Assembly (NCBI GenBank): GCA_036652795.1
Contig: JAVVVD010000004.1
Coordinates: 46,842-110,841 of the forward strand
Direction of reading: 5' to 3'
DNA length: 64,000 nt
Source: Clostridia bacterium
Lineage (GTDB): Bacteria; Bacillota; Clostridia; Christensenellales; CAG-138
Below, one piece after another: positions 55,401 to 63,858 of this stretch (position 1 is its first letter; each line of letters starts with the position of its first letter). The notes under the pieces were generated by a model that made no database searches, was not told where the DNA came from, and saw only the letters and a program-made list of their open reading frames with translations. The position numbers and the translations under genes are program-made.

Positions 55401-55443
55401 CAATAGGCTATGGGAGTTCTTCTTCGGCGATACCGAAGGCTAA
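52423..55443 (+). CDS. Large (1006 aa) lipoprotein with an HExxH zincin motif, a zinc-ribbon-like Cys cluster, Ig-like regions and SLH-like C-terminal repeats
   Basis: Lipobox LSIISSC. VAHEIAHCYQVGDEY. CQGC...CESC...CEYC...CPDENC. C-terminal WSKDDVRQALSNGFI...ITRGQYAALM and GKFAPNDALTEEEAAKIL resemble SLH motifs. Confidence 0.7.
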   Translation: MNGKLLKRISLLLALLMMLSIISSCAPVQEPEAPTQPTDTITDEVAPEEPATAAGTRFTTNDENIEMIEVNQVMSYGQNIDDGSLFPMENFVSGKDTIIFVKTATPAAVNADGTQRLTVSKDGEQVAELLPMDSAESDRIAFIPPSLEDVGNWEQGEYTLTYTTEDGCEATRIVNFNTAKSIKVLAVPVLANYAGQVVDVEGEWKTAIQFTAETYPLAKGAIEYILAPSLDLSDISYDLTTDEGMFNVWSALTNLQTPNNDYELILGFVRNRQGEGNTQGYTYGLPANIITESDGDMQPTVAHEIAHCYQVGDEYPGGAINPAINPAPCGMEGSDWNNRDETIVSNKQFVVGGNDIGQTASGSVIPLDQFPVNAAQQSVLSNNVSSFMGSGSSNISDYWITSAIWEQLYKSFVFNDTSAITTSSTEGSQGDQGSADGQPSSDTMLPCQGCNESYAITDYNLYAVCESCEQLTSAQWGSESVTCEYCGEEIAISTDNSYILCPDENCSQISALSDYVQQKREQKVSADTAEPETEVATAEEEKTYRAIDIKGNLKADDTFAPEPWFSYDTTEFPRALKGDYTVEMMDASGKLLSKHCFDVSFYTQTNPPKKLDFSPINLTVFYPDATAKIAITKEGKEIYSVNVSANAPEIEFVGLKENKKLSGEQTISWKGSDQDGDKLIYELWYCTDEGDFVNVASNITATSCKVNFDTLPGSDNAYLYLYATDGTVTAQMDSPYLSVNYKAPEILTKQPTVPEYKITDEILLSADVYDMQDGWLYDDDQVVWVDGSGREYTTGSLLWIYPYELTPGEHTFTMTATNSKGVSSSAKYTFKIANDESALPNDWSKDDVRQALSNGFIAPLANVKSPITRGQYAALMTNLYFTVVDENTEILEYEDGIVTDCGSDDYSQFLMAKLGFMEAKGGKFAPNDALTEEEAAKILYNVVITATKVDDGVETAMEDIIAELTDAKIIDDIPENTYQAANKITGQLALVRCNRLWEFFFGDTEG

Positions 55444-55527
55444 TAACATTGCGCCAACATGATGCTGCAATGTGAAAATCCGCAATATGTGGTGATTCCA
55501 GTGAGCATCAAGTTTCTAAACTACAAC

Positions 55528-55562
55528 AAAGGCCCGATAAGCTCTATGCTTATCGGGCCTTT
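55528..55562. terminator. 15-bp stem hairpin terminator between convergent genes
   Basis: AAAGGCCCGATAAGC-TCTAT-GCTTATCGGGCCTTT. Confidence 0.85.
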
Positions 55563-55685
55563 ACTTGTGAACATATAATCACAGGCAGTGCATTATATAT
55601 TTTATTATTGTGCCAATCGCCAGTTCTACTTTGAATTCTATTCTATAGGTTTCTATACTGCGATCTCCTAATAGCGGTTGCCGCG

Positions 55686-56081
55686 TTATTCACCGCAATG
55701 GTGATCTGCGCAGCCATGTTCGCCACACGCATCGCCATGATGCTCACCGTGATGGCTGCACATTACGTTTGGATCAAAGCTTAGGGTTCCTGCAAGGAGT
55801 GCTTCAACCGCCTGATCCGCCTGTCCTGTTACGCCTCCATAGAGCTTGACGCCAACCTCCTCCAGCGCCTTGCGTGCGCCGCCGCCAATCCCTCCACAGA
55901 TGAGGGTATCGACCTTGATATTTTTTAGGATATTCGCCAATGCGCCATGTCCGCTTCCATTCGTGTTTACAATTGTAGCAAGCATTACTTTGTTATCCTC
56001 CACATCGTATACCTTAAAACGCTCAGTGTGGCCAAAATGCTGGAATACCTGCCCATTTTCATAAGCTACTGCAATTCTCAT
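55686..56081 (-). CDS. NifX/NifB-C-terminal-like (dinitrogenase FeMo-cofactor-binding fold) protein with a His/Cys-rich tail
   Basis: MRIAVAYENGQVFQHFGHTERFKVYDV...LICGGIGGGA. Tail is CSHHGEHHGDACGEHGCADHHCGE. GAGGAG RBS. Confidence 0.8.
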   Translation of the reverse strand: MRIAVAYENGQVFQHFGHTERFKVYDVEDNKVMLATIVNTNGSGHGALANILKNIKVDTLICGGIGGGARKALEEVGVKLYGGVTGQADQAVEALLAGTLSFDPNVMCSHHGEHHGDACGEHGCADHHCGE

Positions 56082-56116
56082 TGTAATTCTCCTCATTTGA
56101 TTATATTTTTGCTCTC

Positions 56117-56485
56117 TTAGTCTTCTATTTTATTGCCCCGATTACAGCGTCTTGCGCAATGACGGCCACAGCCGCATTTCTCTGCATCACCATCACAAAG
56201 CACATAATCTCCACCCTCAATGCACAGATCTTTTTCATTTACAAGGCACTCCGCCAGTTTAACGCGGGCGCTGTTATAAATTGCCTGCGCTGTCGTGCGT
56301 GCCACGTTCATACGCGCAGCACATTGCTCCTGCATCATACCTTCCAGATCTATCAAGCGGATACTCTCAAATTCATCTATTGTCATAGCAATCGTCTGGC
56401 GCACGGCAACAGTATCATCCTTTGGCCCAAATCGTCCACATTCCGGCATGGCGCAGATACGCCGCCGCTTGCATGGTCTTGCCAT
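56117..56485 (-). CDS. DUF134 (UPF0251) putative DNA-binding protein with a C-terminal Cys cluster
   Basis: MARPCKRRRI...FGPK signature, sigma-like HTH (QEQCAARMNVARTTAQ). Confidence 0.8.
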   Translation of the reverse strand: MARPCKRRRICAMPECGRFGPKDDTVAVRQTIAMTIDEFESIRLIDLEGMMQEQCAARMNVARTTAQAIYNSARVKLAECLVNEKDLCIEGGDYVLCDGDAEKCGCGRHCARRCNRGNKIED

Positions 56486-56750
56486 ATTAATCATCTCCCT
56501 CATTTATGGCATATGCCGTTAATCCTTATTTTACACCATTATCGGCATATGTCAACATCTATTTGATAAGCTTACTATGATATTTTTAATTTTTAGAGGT
56601 ATTCGCGTTTAAACGTGTGTGGGATATGCAATTGAATCCTGATAACCATCAATATACCCCGCAATCACGCGGGGTACTACATTAAACAGGTATTTTATTT
56701 TTTAACACTAAAGATAGAGTTTTGAGCTTTCTTTATCAGAATGCATGCGT

Positions 56751-57278
56751 CTAGTGCGTATCCTGCTTTGTGCGTTTCACCCAAAACACCAGATGCGGCA
56801 TGTCCATATTATAATAATGCTTTGTAAAGCTTCCATTTATTGTCATTCCGTTTCGTTTGGCCACACCCTGTGATGCGATATTGTTATCCCTGATAATTGA
56901 ATACACCTCATCCGCATTTAGCGTTTCAAAAGCATAGTGCTTGCAGGCAATTGCCGCTTCCGTGGCGTATCCGTTATTCCAATACGCCTTTTGAAATAAA
57001 TAGCCAACCTCGAGCACCTGCCGTCCATCGCAATCCTGCATGGTAAGCCCGCACTGGCCAATCATCTCGCCGGTCGCTTTCAATATTACCGCCCAAAGCC
57101 CAAAGCCATAATCCGCATACCGCTTTATCTGGCGATTAAGCCAATCGTGCGCCTCATCATCGCTAAACGGATGCTCGTATGCATACATTACCTCCGCATC
57201 CTGTAGCATTTTGCAAAGCGCAGGATAGTCTGTCTGTTTCATTTCCCTTAAATATAGCCTGTGCGTCTCTAATATCAT
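56751..57278 (-). CDS. GNAT family N-acetyltransferase (RimJ/RimL-like)
   Basis: ETHRLYLREM...GLWAVILK...GQCGL...VGYLFQKAYWNNGYATEA. Confidence 0.85.
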   Translation of the reverse strand: MILETHRLYLREMKQTDYPALCKMLQDAEVMYAYEHPFSDDEAHDWLNRQIKRYADYGFGLWAVILKATGEMIGQCGLTMQDCDGRQVLEVGYLFQKAYWNNGYATEAAIACKHYAFETLNADEVYSIIRDNNIASQGVAKRNGMTINGSFTKHYYNMDMPHLVFWVKRTKQDTH

Positions 57279-57587
57279 ATTTCTCCATCAGCGCAAAGCC
57301 GCTTGCAGCCTTGGCCGCTCAAAAACTTAATTTCCATTAAGGCTTTAAAGGCGCGTATAGCGCCGTATGCTCGGATGACTATAGCATTTCAGCGCTATTT
57401 TCAATGTTGCAATTTAAAAGTGTAAGGAGCATAGAGATTAATATCATCCCTAAAGCCGCCAAAGCAATATTGATCCCCGGCTTTTTTAGATTCTATAAAA
57501 CCCCTTGCCCCTGAGCGTATGCGCGTATATCATAATGCTCTGTTATTTTAAATGCCCATTGCACTTAATCCGCGATACGGCATCGCT

Positions 57588-58112
57588 TCAGCTCTTAAAC
57601 GACAAAGCCTTTTCATCCATATGCGCCCTGAATATGCTGCGTATCAGCGCTATGTCGGCCTGGTCTTTCATCTGATTTTTGGGCAGCACATAGGCGTGCA
57701 AATCCGTTAAAAAGATAAAAAAATCCCAGCGTGTCTCCACCACGTTCTTGATATGCTTGTAGGTAAGTTCCACCTCGCCGTTCTCGCTTTTTGCGTGGAT
57801 ACCCCCATTATGCAGCGTTATATCCTGCGTAAATACCGATATTTTGTTCTTTTTATAGAATGAGCGCACCTTAAGCTTGATTATGACTACGTTTATCAAA
57901 AACAGCAGCACGGCCCCTCCCAACGCCATAGGCAGTGACTTGAGCAACGCGCTATTGAGCGAGCCGTCCGCCGCGTAATATGTAAGTCCCAGCAGCAGCA
58001 TTATTATAATAAATACGATTAGGCAACTGACTATCAATTTTTTGTACGCCACATACATATTATATCTTTCGTTTTCCTTTGCTGCTATTTTGAATATTCC
58101 ATTATACTCCAT
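57588..58112 (-). CDS. YcxB-like membrane protein
   Basis: GGAGGA RBS before MEYNGIF. Two TMs followed by a YcxB-like C-terminal domain. Confidence 0.6.
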   Translation of the reverse strand: MEYNGIFKIAAKENERYNMYVAYKKLIVSCLIVFIIIMLLLGLTYYAADGSLNSALLKSLPMALGGAVLLFLINVVIIKLKVRSFYKKNKISVFTQDITLHNGGIHAKSENGEVELTYKHIKNVVETRWDFFIFLTDLHAYVLPKNQMKDQADIALIRSIFRAHMDEKALSFKS

Positions 58113-58238
58113 GCTGTATTCCTCCGTATTGATGTGTGTGCCTTTAAGTTTATACCGTGATTGGTAAATCGTCAAACATCTATGTCTTTTTATTTAAAAG
58201 GAGCCGCATACAACGGCTCCCTTCATAATGATTTTTTG

Positions 58239-59585
58239 TTATTGCTGTATATATCCCTTTATGCTTATATCACCCTGTCCATCGTCGAACTGATAGTCCT
58301 TACCGGGCAGCACGGCATTAACAAATATTCCTATTACCGCAGCGCAAGCCAGTCCGCCGAATGAAAGATTAACCGAGCCTATTACGATCGTAAGCGGATA
58401 TGTGTTAAAGCCAAGCCCACAGGCAAGTATGAGCGCCGCTACGATAACGTTGCGGAAGTTTTTGAAGTCTACCTTGTTTTCGACTATGGTGCGCACACCC
58501 GTGGCCGAGATCATTCCGTACAGCATCAGCGATACACCGCCGATTATGGACCAGGGGATTGTGTTGATGAATGATTCAAATATGGAGATGAACGAGAGCA
58601 GCACCGTGAAGATGGCCGCTAGCAGCATAACCTTGGGATCGTATACCTTGGTAAGCGCAACAACGCCGGTATTTTCAGAATATGTTGTGTTGGCTGGGCC
58701 GCCTATCACACCAGCGAGCGATGTCGCCAGGCCGTCACCAAGCAGCGTACGGGTAAGGCCAGGGTCGGCGATGAAGTTCTTGCCGCAGGTGGCGCCAATG
58801 GCCGCTATATCGCCAATGTGCTCTATCATGGCGGCAAGCGCCACAACACAGCAGGTGATTATTGCGCCAATCTCAAACTTAGGAAGGAAGAATGGGGGTA
58901 CGCTCACTATGTCCTTTATGGATTCAATCTTAAGCCCCGTGAAATCAACCCAAGGCAGACCGAACAGTGCGTTACCCGAGCATAGCGATATCACTGTGCC
59001 CACTATGTATGAGCCAAATATACCTATCAACAGGGGAAGTATCTTTACCATGCCCTTGCCATATATGTTGGCGATTATTATCAGAGCTATGGCGACAATT
59101 GCGAGTATCCAGTTTGAGCTGGCATTGATGAGGCCAACGGGTGCCAGTATAAGGCCGATAAGGATTATTATTGGACCTGTTACAACCGGTGGGAACAGCT
59201 TCATTATCTTTTTTGCGCCGAACACCTGGAAAAGCAGCGCCAGCACCACATATACAGCACCAGCACACACCACGCCGCCGGTGGCGTATGGCAGCAATTC
59301 CGGCATTAGCACACCATCAGCATTCCGTGTTATCGTGGCAAACGCGGCAAGGAATGCAAAGGATGAACCAAGGAATATTGGCACCTTGCGCTTGGTGATG
59401 AAGTAGAACAGTATCGTGCCTATGCCCGCGCAAAACAGCGTTACCGCTACGCTCAGGCCTGTAAGCAACGGCACAAGCACCGTCGCGCCGAACATGGCGA
59501 ACACATGCTGGATTCCCAGCACCGCCATCTTACCGGCGCCAAGCTCTTTAAATCCATCATGGACGCCTTCTAATTTCTTTTCCAT
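58239..59585 (-). CDS. NCS2-family uracil/xanthine permease
   Basis: 448 aa. LGIQHVFAMFGATVLVP and ENTGVVALT signatures. Confidence 0.88.
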   Translation of the reverse strand: MEKKLEGVHDGFKELGAGKMAVLGIQHVFAMFGATVLVPLLTGLSVAVTLFCAGIGTILFYFITKRKVPIFLGSSFAFLAAFATITRNADGVLMPELLPYATGGVVCAGAVYVVLALLFQVFGAKKIMKLFPPVVTGPIIILIGLILAPVGLINASSNWILAIVAIALIIIANIYGKGMVKILPLLIGIFGSYIVGTVISLCSGNALFGLPWVDFTGLKIESIKDIVSVPPFFLPKFEIGAIITCCVVALAAMIEHIGDIAAIGATCGKNFIADPGLTRTLLGDGLATSLAGVIGGPANTTYSENTGVVALTKVYDPKVMLLAAIFTVLLSFISIFESFINTIPWSIIGGVSLMLYGMISATGVRTIVENKVDFKNFRNVIVAALILACGLGFNTYPLTIVIGSVNLSFGGLACAAVIGIFVNAVLPGKDYQFDDGQGDISIKGYIQQ

Positions 59586-59689
59586 TGATATACCTCCCGA
59601 TAAATTTGATCAAGTATTGCGTTTCCGTTGAGTTTAGTATGATTCTTCCATTTAAATCTATATCACGGAGCTACCCCCGTTGATATCTT

Positions 59690-60250
59690 TTAATCCGCCG
59701 CGCCTTGAAGTAAGTCAAGCTTTTCACGGCACGCGGGCGTTATGATCGAAGCCAGTGTTACTGTGCGCAGATGCCGTTGCTTATATAAAAAAGATTCTAT
59801 ATCCTCTATATCCTTCTTTTCCACTATCACCGAAAAATCCTCTAAGGCGCTCAAAAATAGGTTCATCAAGTCATAGCAGTGGTTGAGACATGCATTATAC
59901 TTTTTATCTATCAGATTAAAGCCTGTCAGCAGCTTCTGCGCATTTATCCGTTGATCATGCATCACCCTAAAGCGCTGCATCGCATATTCGTCCACCTTCT
60001 GTGAAAACACCGCGCGCAATGCATCCGGCTGCTCGTCCAGTGGAAGCACATTTATTTTACCCGCTTCATTTACGGCATAAGCAAGGCTCTGCGCCGCTAG
60101 ATGCCTTGGCAATACGTGCTCCGCCGCCTCGCAAAAGGCAAGCGCAAACGCGTCGCAGTATGGGGCGATACGCTTTTTTCTAAGCTCCGTCAACGCAAGT
60201 ATCACAATTGTTATAACAGCCACTGCAAGTATAGCCAACCATTCTCTCAT
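59690..60250 (-). CDS. N-terminally anchored helical protein, function unknown
   Basis: MREWLAILAVAVITIVILAL TM. No motif recognised. Confidence 0.5.
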   Translation of the reverse strand: MREWLAILAVAVITIVILALTELRKKRIAPYCDAFALAFCEAAEHVLPRHLAAQSLAYAVNEAGKINVLPLDEQPDALRAVFSQKVDEYAMQRFRVMHDQRINAQKLLTGFNLIDKKYNACLNHCYDLMNLFLSALEDFSVIVEKKDIEDIESFLYKQRHLRTVTLASIITPACREKLDLLQGAAD

Positions 60251-60293
60251 AACGCCGATCCCTTCTTTCTATTTATAATTGTGTATTATAATA

Positions 60294-60324
60294 GGCGGTC
60301 AGTTCCTTATTGGAACTGACCGCC
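60294..60324. terminator. Perfect 13-bp stem hairpin
   Basis: GGCGGTCAGTTCC-TTATT-GGAACTGACCGCC. No strong T-run. Confidence 0.5.
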
Positions 60325-60330
60325 CTGTAA

Positions 60331-60501
60331 TTAATCAAATATATCCAAATCCTTTATCGGTGCACCATTTGCGACATGATTCCCATTATGTACAAAACCA
60401 ATACGGAACCCGGCTGCGACAACACTTCTATCGTACGTCCTGCCATCGGCAATATCACTGGAAAGCATATGCCGTTTTATATTTTTATCCGATATAATCA
60501 C
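60331..60501 (-). CDS. Candidate 56-aa protein (GTG start), unknown
   Basis: GGAGGG RBS 9 nt before the GTG. VIISDKNIKRHMLSSDIADGRTYDRSVVAAGFRIGFVHNGNHVANGAPIKDLDIFD. Below the ORF-track cutoff. Confidence 0.35.
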   Translation of the reverse strand: MIISDKNIKRHMLSSDIADGRTYDRSVVAAGFRIGFVHNGNHVANGAPIKDLDIFD

Positions 60502-60699
60502 GTGACAATGCCCTCCTTTTTAGCTTAGTTCTTCGGCTTATCCAAGCCTTTCCGTAGGTCTGATCTATTATAGCAGCGCACTTTAGCTTTGTCTAGTATT
60601 ATATTTGTAATTTCGCCACTAATTTTTCACCATATTTCCACACATGCGCATCTATTGACTATAAAGCAGGCATAACGTATCCTAATTAAAAACAGATAA

Positions 60700-61404
60700 A
60701 TGGGGTTATACATGTCCAGCGCTAGCAGCTATTTTTTAAAGTCGTATGATCTAACACGTTCGGATCGGCGCAGCATATGCATTGCTGTAACCGCCGACGG
60801 CAGACTTATCGTGCGTGCGCCCAAAAATGCTCCGCAGGCGGCCATCGACCGCTTTGTTGCACAAAAGGCGGACTGGATAGCCGCAACGCAAGCGGAGGCG
60901 TTAAATCGCAAGGCGGCCTGTTTTGTGCATCTGTTTGCCGATGGCGAACCGTTTCAATTTATGGGCAGCCGCTATACCCTGCATTACGCACAGATCGATG
61001 CGATTTGCGCCGCGCACGGCGAATTGCTTATTCCACATTGCGCACAACCGCGTATGGCCCTGCTCAAATGGTACAAGGCCCGCGCATATGAGGAGTTTAG
61101 TCTGCGCGCAGCACAGTTATCTAAGCTCATGGAGCTTCATGACATACCGCCCGTCAAGCTCTCCTGCGCGAAGAAGCGCTGGGGCTCATGCAGCCACAAC
61201 GGCATAAATATAAACTGGCGGCTCATAATGGCCCCGCCACAAGTTTTGGAGTATGTGCTCGTACATGAGCTGGCGCATGTGCGCTATCCTGATCATCAGC
61301 CGCATTTCTGGAGGTTTGTTGCCTCCATACTGCCGGATTACCACGAGCGCCGCGATTGGTTAAAAACACATGGCCATGAATTGTTAAACTGCATGGATGA
61401 ATAA
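60700..61404 (+). CDS. YgjP-like (DUF45, WLM/SprT-like) metal-dependent hydrolase
   Basis: RWGSCS...VHELAHVRYPDHQPHFW motif. Start is 60700 or 60712. Confidence 0.85.
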   Translation: MGLYMSSASSYFLKSYDLTRSDRRSICIAVTADGRLIVRAPKNAPQAAIDRFVAQKADWIAATQAEALNRKAACFVHLFADGEPFQFMGSRYTLHYAQIDAICAAHGELLIPHCAQPRMALLKWYKARAYEEFSLRAAQLSKLMELHDIPPVKLSCAKKRWGSCSHNGININWRLIMAPPQVLEYVLVHELAHVRYPDHQPHFWRFVASILPDYHERRDWLKTHGHELLNCMDE

Positions 61405-61426
61405 TAAGCGCACAAAGGTACAAAAA

Positions 61427-61452
61427 AAGGAGGGGCAACTATGTCCCTCCTT
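61427..61452. terminator. Hairpin terminator shared by convergent genes
   Basis: AAGGAGGG-loop-CCCTCCTT preceded by an A-run, which reads as a T-run on the hsp20 strand. Confidence 0.7.
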
Positions 61453-61475
61453 GTTGTATTGCAGCGTAAACCGCT

Positions 61476-61901
61476 TTACTGTATATCGATCTTCCTTTGT
61501 TCTGCGGGCTGTTCAACCTGCTTTGGCAGTTTAAGCTTAAGTATGCCGTTTTCATACTTTGCACCTATAGCCGAAGCGTCAATGCCTGTCATATCAAAGC
61601 TGCGCTGGTAACTGCCATAGCTGCGTTCGCGGCGTACATAGCTCTCGTGCTTATCCTCGCATCTGTCCTCATGCTTCGCTGCAATTACCAGATAATCGCC
61701 CTCGATATGGATATCAATATCCTCCTTGTTAAACCCTGGCAGCTCTGCCTCAAGCTGATAATGGTCGCCATTATCCAATATATCTGTCCTAAAGCCCGCC
61801 ATGCCTGTCATGCTCTGAAAACCTAAAAAGCGCTTTTCGAAATCATCGAAATAGTTGCCTACATCGCCGGTTTTATACGGCGTCAAACCGAAAATACTCA
61901 T
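61476..61901 (-). CDS. Hsp20/alpha-crystallin small heat-shock protein
   Basis: DILDNGDHYQLEAELPGFNKEDIDI...GILKLKLPK alpha-crystallin domain. AGGAGG RBS. Confidence 0.92.
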   Translation of the reverse strand: MSIFGLTPYKTGDVGNYFDDFEKRFLGFQSMTGMAGFRTDILDNGDHYQLEAELPGFNKEDIDIHIEGDYLVIAAKHEDRCEDKHESYVRRERSYGSYQRSFDMTGIDASAIGAKYENGILKLKLPKQVEQPAEQRKIDIQ

Positions 61902-62023
61902 AAAACTATCCTCCTAGTATTGTTGTCATATTATCATCCGGGAGCTGTCTCCCTGTTTACGATTATTAGTATACCCATTCATTGTTTCAAAAATTTGAAC
62001 ACATTTTTATGCAAAAGCAAACT

Positions 62024-62050
62024 TTAGCACTCTCATCAGCAGAGTGCTAA
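62024..62050. promoter_or_regulatory. CIRCE operator (HrcA binding site), perfect consensus
   Basis: TTAGCACTC-N9-GAGTGCTAA read directly, 123 nt upstream of the hsp20 start and 91 nt upstream of the divergent DUF1653 gene. Confidence 0.9.
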
Positions 62051-62140
62051 AGCAACGTCTTTTTTTACGCAGCTTCTACCCGGCAATCATTTTATGTTAT
62101 CCCATCGGTCTAGCCATGATATAATTCAAATACACGGAGG

Positions 62141-62365
62141 ATGATATTTATGCAGGATTTTCTGCCCGGTCGCTACCGCCATTTTAAAGGAAATGAATAC
62201 GAGCTTTTATATGTTGCGCATCACAGTGAAACGCTGGAGGAAATGGTTGTTTACCGCGCATGTTATGGCGAACATGGCATATGGGTACGGCCCGCGCGCA
62301 TGTGGAATGAGATCGTAGAGCGTGACGGCAAGCGTATGCTTCGTTTTGAATATATAGGCCAATAG
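62141..62365 (+). CDS. DUF1653 domain protein
   Basis: YRHFKGNEYELLYVAHHSETLEEMVVYRA...WVRPARMW signature. Confidence 0.8.
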   Translation: MIFMQDFLPGRYRHFKGNEYELLYVAHHSETLEEMVVYRACYGEHGIWVRPARMWNEIVERDGKRMLRFEYIGQ

Positions 62366-62542
62366 CCATAAAAGCACTTGTTTACCATAATTAGGTCGGT
62401 TTTTAAAAAAGCGGCCTTTTTTATCTGTTTTCGACATAACGTGTATTCATATATGCGCGCACTCACTCATAGGCTATGAGTGCACCTTGTGCGCCGGTGT
62501 GCCAATTCCGGCATTTTTACAATGTGCGGAAGGGGAACAACT

Positions 62543-63484
62543 ATGAAACCGCGTTTTTTTGCCGTGCTTATCGCCGCCATGCTGCTTGCCTCCCTTATAC
62601 CATCGCCATCGGGTTCACTGGCGGTTGACGATACCCTGCTGCCCGAGGATATACAATATGATAGCGCAACGCTTGGCAAAAGCGCCGCGCGCACCGGCAC
62701 AGATACATGGCGCATAACCCTTTCGGTTACACCCGAAACAGCGCCTTTAGAATTTGCGGCCATATCCGATGCCGCAGCTGATAATTTTTTTGTTGCAAGT
62801 ACGCCTGAGGTTGCTTTTTCCGGTATAGACGTTGATTATTCGCTATCCTATAGCAAAGATGAGATTCGTTTTTTGCCATCGGCCCCAATCCCGTGCGGTA
62901 CAACATTGCTTATCACCTATGCGTTGAGGTTGATCCCCGATAGCCTTATCCCAGGAGTATATAATCGCATACCGCTTGGAAAAAATGCAGCATTGAGCTT
63001 TGCACCTGGCAGCGGCAAGACCGCGCTTCTTTTCCCTGCGCCGATGTGCCGCTTTGAAGCCGGCAGGCTGGATCTTCTATATGAATTGTGCAACGGTGGC
63101 CGCGTGCTCACCTCAGGCCGTATCGGCGATGTGCGCGATACCTTCATCACCGACGCTGCCGATAAGCAATTCCGTTGGCAGGCGCCCAGCAGCTATACGT
63201 ATGGCGGCACAACCTATTTGCTGCGTGCTGAGAATACGCGCTACGAAAGCAGCAACGCACCCACCGCCCTTGTGCTTACCGGTGAAAGCGCTCAGTCCCT
63301 GTCCGCGCTGTCCGGTTCGCATACAATTACATATGTTTATATGCCCGCCACCTATGGAATCGCGCCCGGCATCCCCGACACAGGGGATGTTTCGCTGATA
63401 CTGCTTATCATTGCAACGGCGCTCATGCTTACGACCGGTCTGCTTATGCTTGCCGTAACCATGTGGTCACGGCGAAAGCGATAG
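62543..63484 (+). CDS. Cell-wall-anchored surface protein with an IPDTG sorting signal
   Basis: Signal peptide MKPRFFAVLIAAMLLASL. C-terminal IPDTG plus a hydrophobic stretch plus RRKR. Confidence 0.75.
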   Translation: MKPRFFAVLIAAMLLASLIPSPSGSLAVDDTLLPEDIQYDSATLGKSAARTGTDTWRITLSVTPETAPLEFAAISDAAADNFFVASTPEVAFSGIDVDYSLSYSKDEIRFLPSAPIPCGTTLLITYALRLIPDSLIPGVYNRIPLGKNAALSFAPGSGKTALLFPAPMCRFEAGRLDLLYELCNGGRVLTSGRIGDVRDTFITDAADKQFRWQAPSSYTYGGTTYLLRAENTRYESSNAPTALVLTGESAQSLSALSGSHTITYVYMPATYGIAPGIPDTGDVSLILLIIATALMLTTGLLMLAVTMWSRRKR

Positions 63485-63590
63485 ATCTATGCCCATTATA
63501 GCGCCAAGCATTTTTTATGGAACCGCCGAATGTGTGTTGATGTCGCCTTCTTCGCCCTTTTCAGCGTCTCCTTAAGGTTGGCATCGGTTA

Positions 63591-63836
63591 TTATTTCGTA
63601 CTCATCAGGGCACGGGCAAGCTGATCGCTGCACGAGGTATTGCTTTGGCCGCAGCGGATTCCATGCAGCCTTTTTATCACGTCGTCAACCTTCATGCCCT
63701 CCACCAGTGCACCAAGTGCCTTGAGGTTACCATCGCAGCCATCCGTATAGGCAACGTTGTGGACAGCACCGGCGTCAATGTCCAGGTCTATACGCGTTGA
63801 GCATACCCCCTGAGGATAAAATGTATAGTGTTTCAT
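63591..63836 (-). CDS. TSCPD-domain protein (TIGR03905-like)
   Basis: 81 aa. CSTRIDLDI....V....GC.GN...L..LV.G........L.GI.CG...TSC.DQLA pattern. Confidence 0.75.
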   Translation of the reverse strand: MKHYTFYPQGVCSTRIDLDIDAGAVHNVAYTDGCDGNLKALGALVEGMKVDDVIKRLHGIRCGQSNTSCSDQLARALMSTK

Positions 63837-63858
63837 GCCATTCCCCCTTGTATAACTA

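Noticed and set aside
58402-59406. 334-aa plus-strand ORF
   Set aside because: It is antisense to the well-supported NCS2 permease. Its Ser/Pro/Thr-rich composition marks it as a shadow ORF.
59586-59689. Possible PyrR attenuator or purine/pyrimidine riboswitch upstream of the uracil/xanthine permease
   Set aside because: Only about 100 nt are available. I could not find the PyrR binding-loop consensus (ARUCCAGAGAGGYU) or a purine-riboswitch three-way junction by eye. An Rfam scan would settle it.
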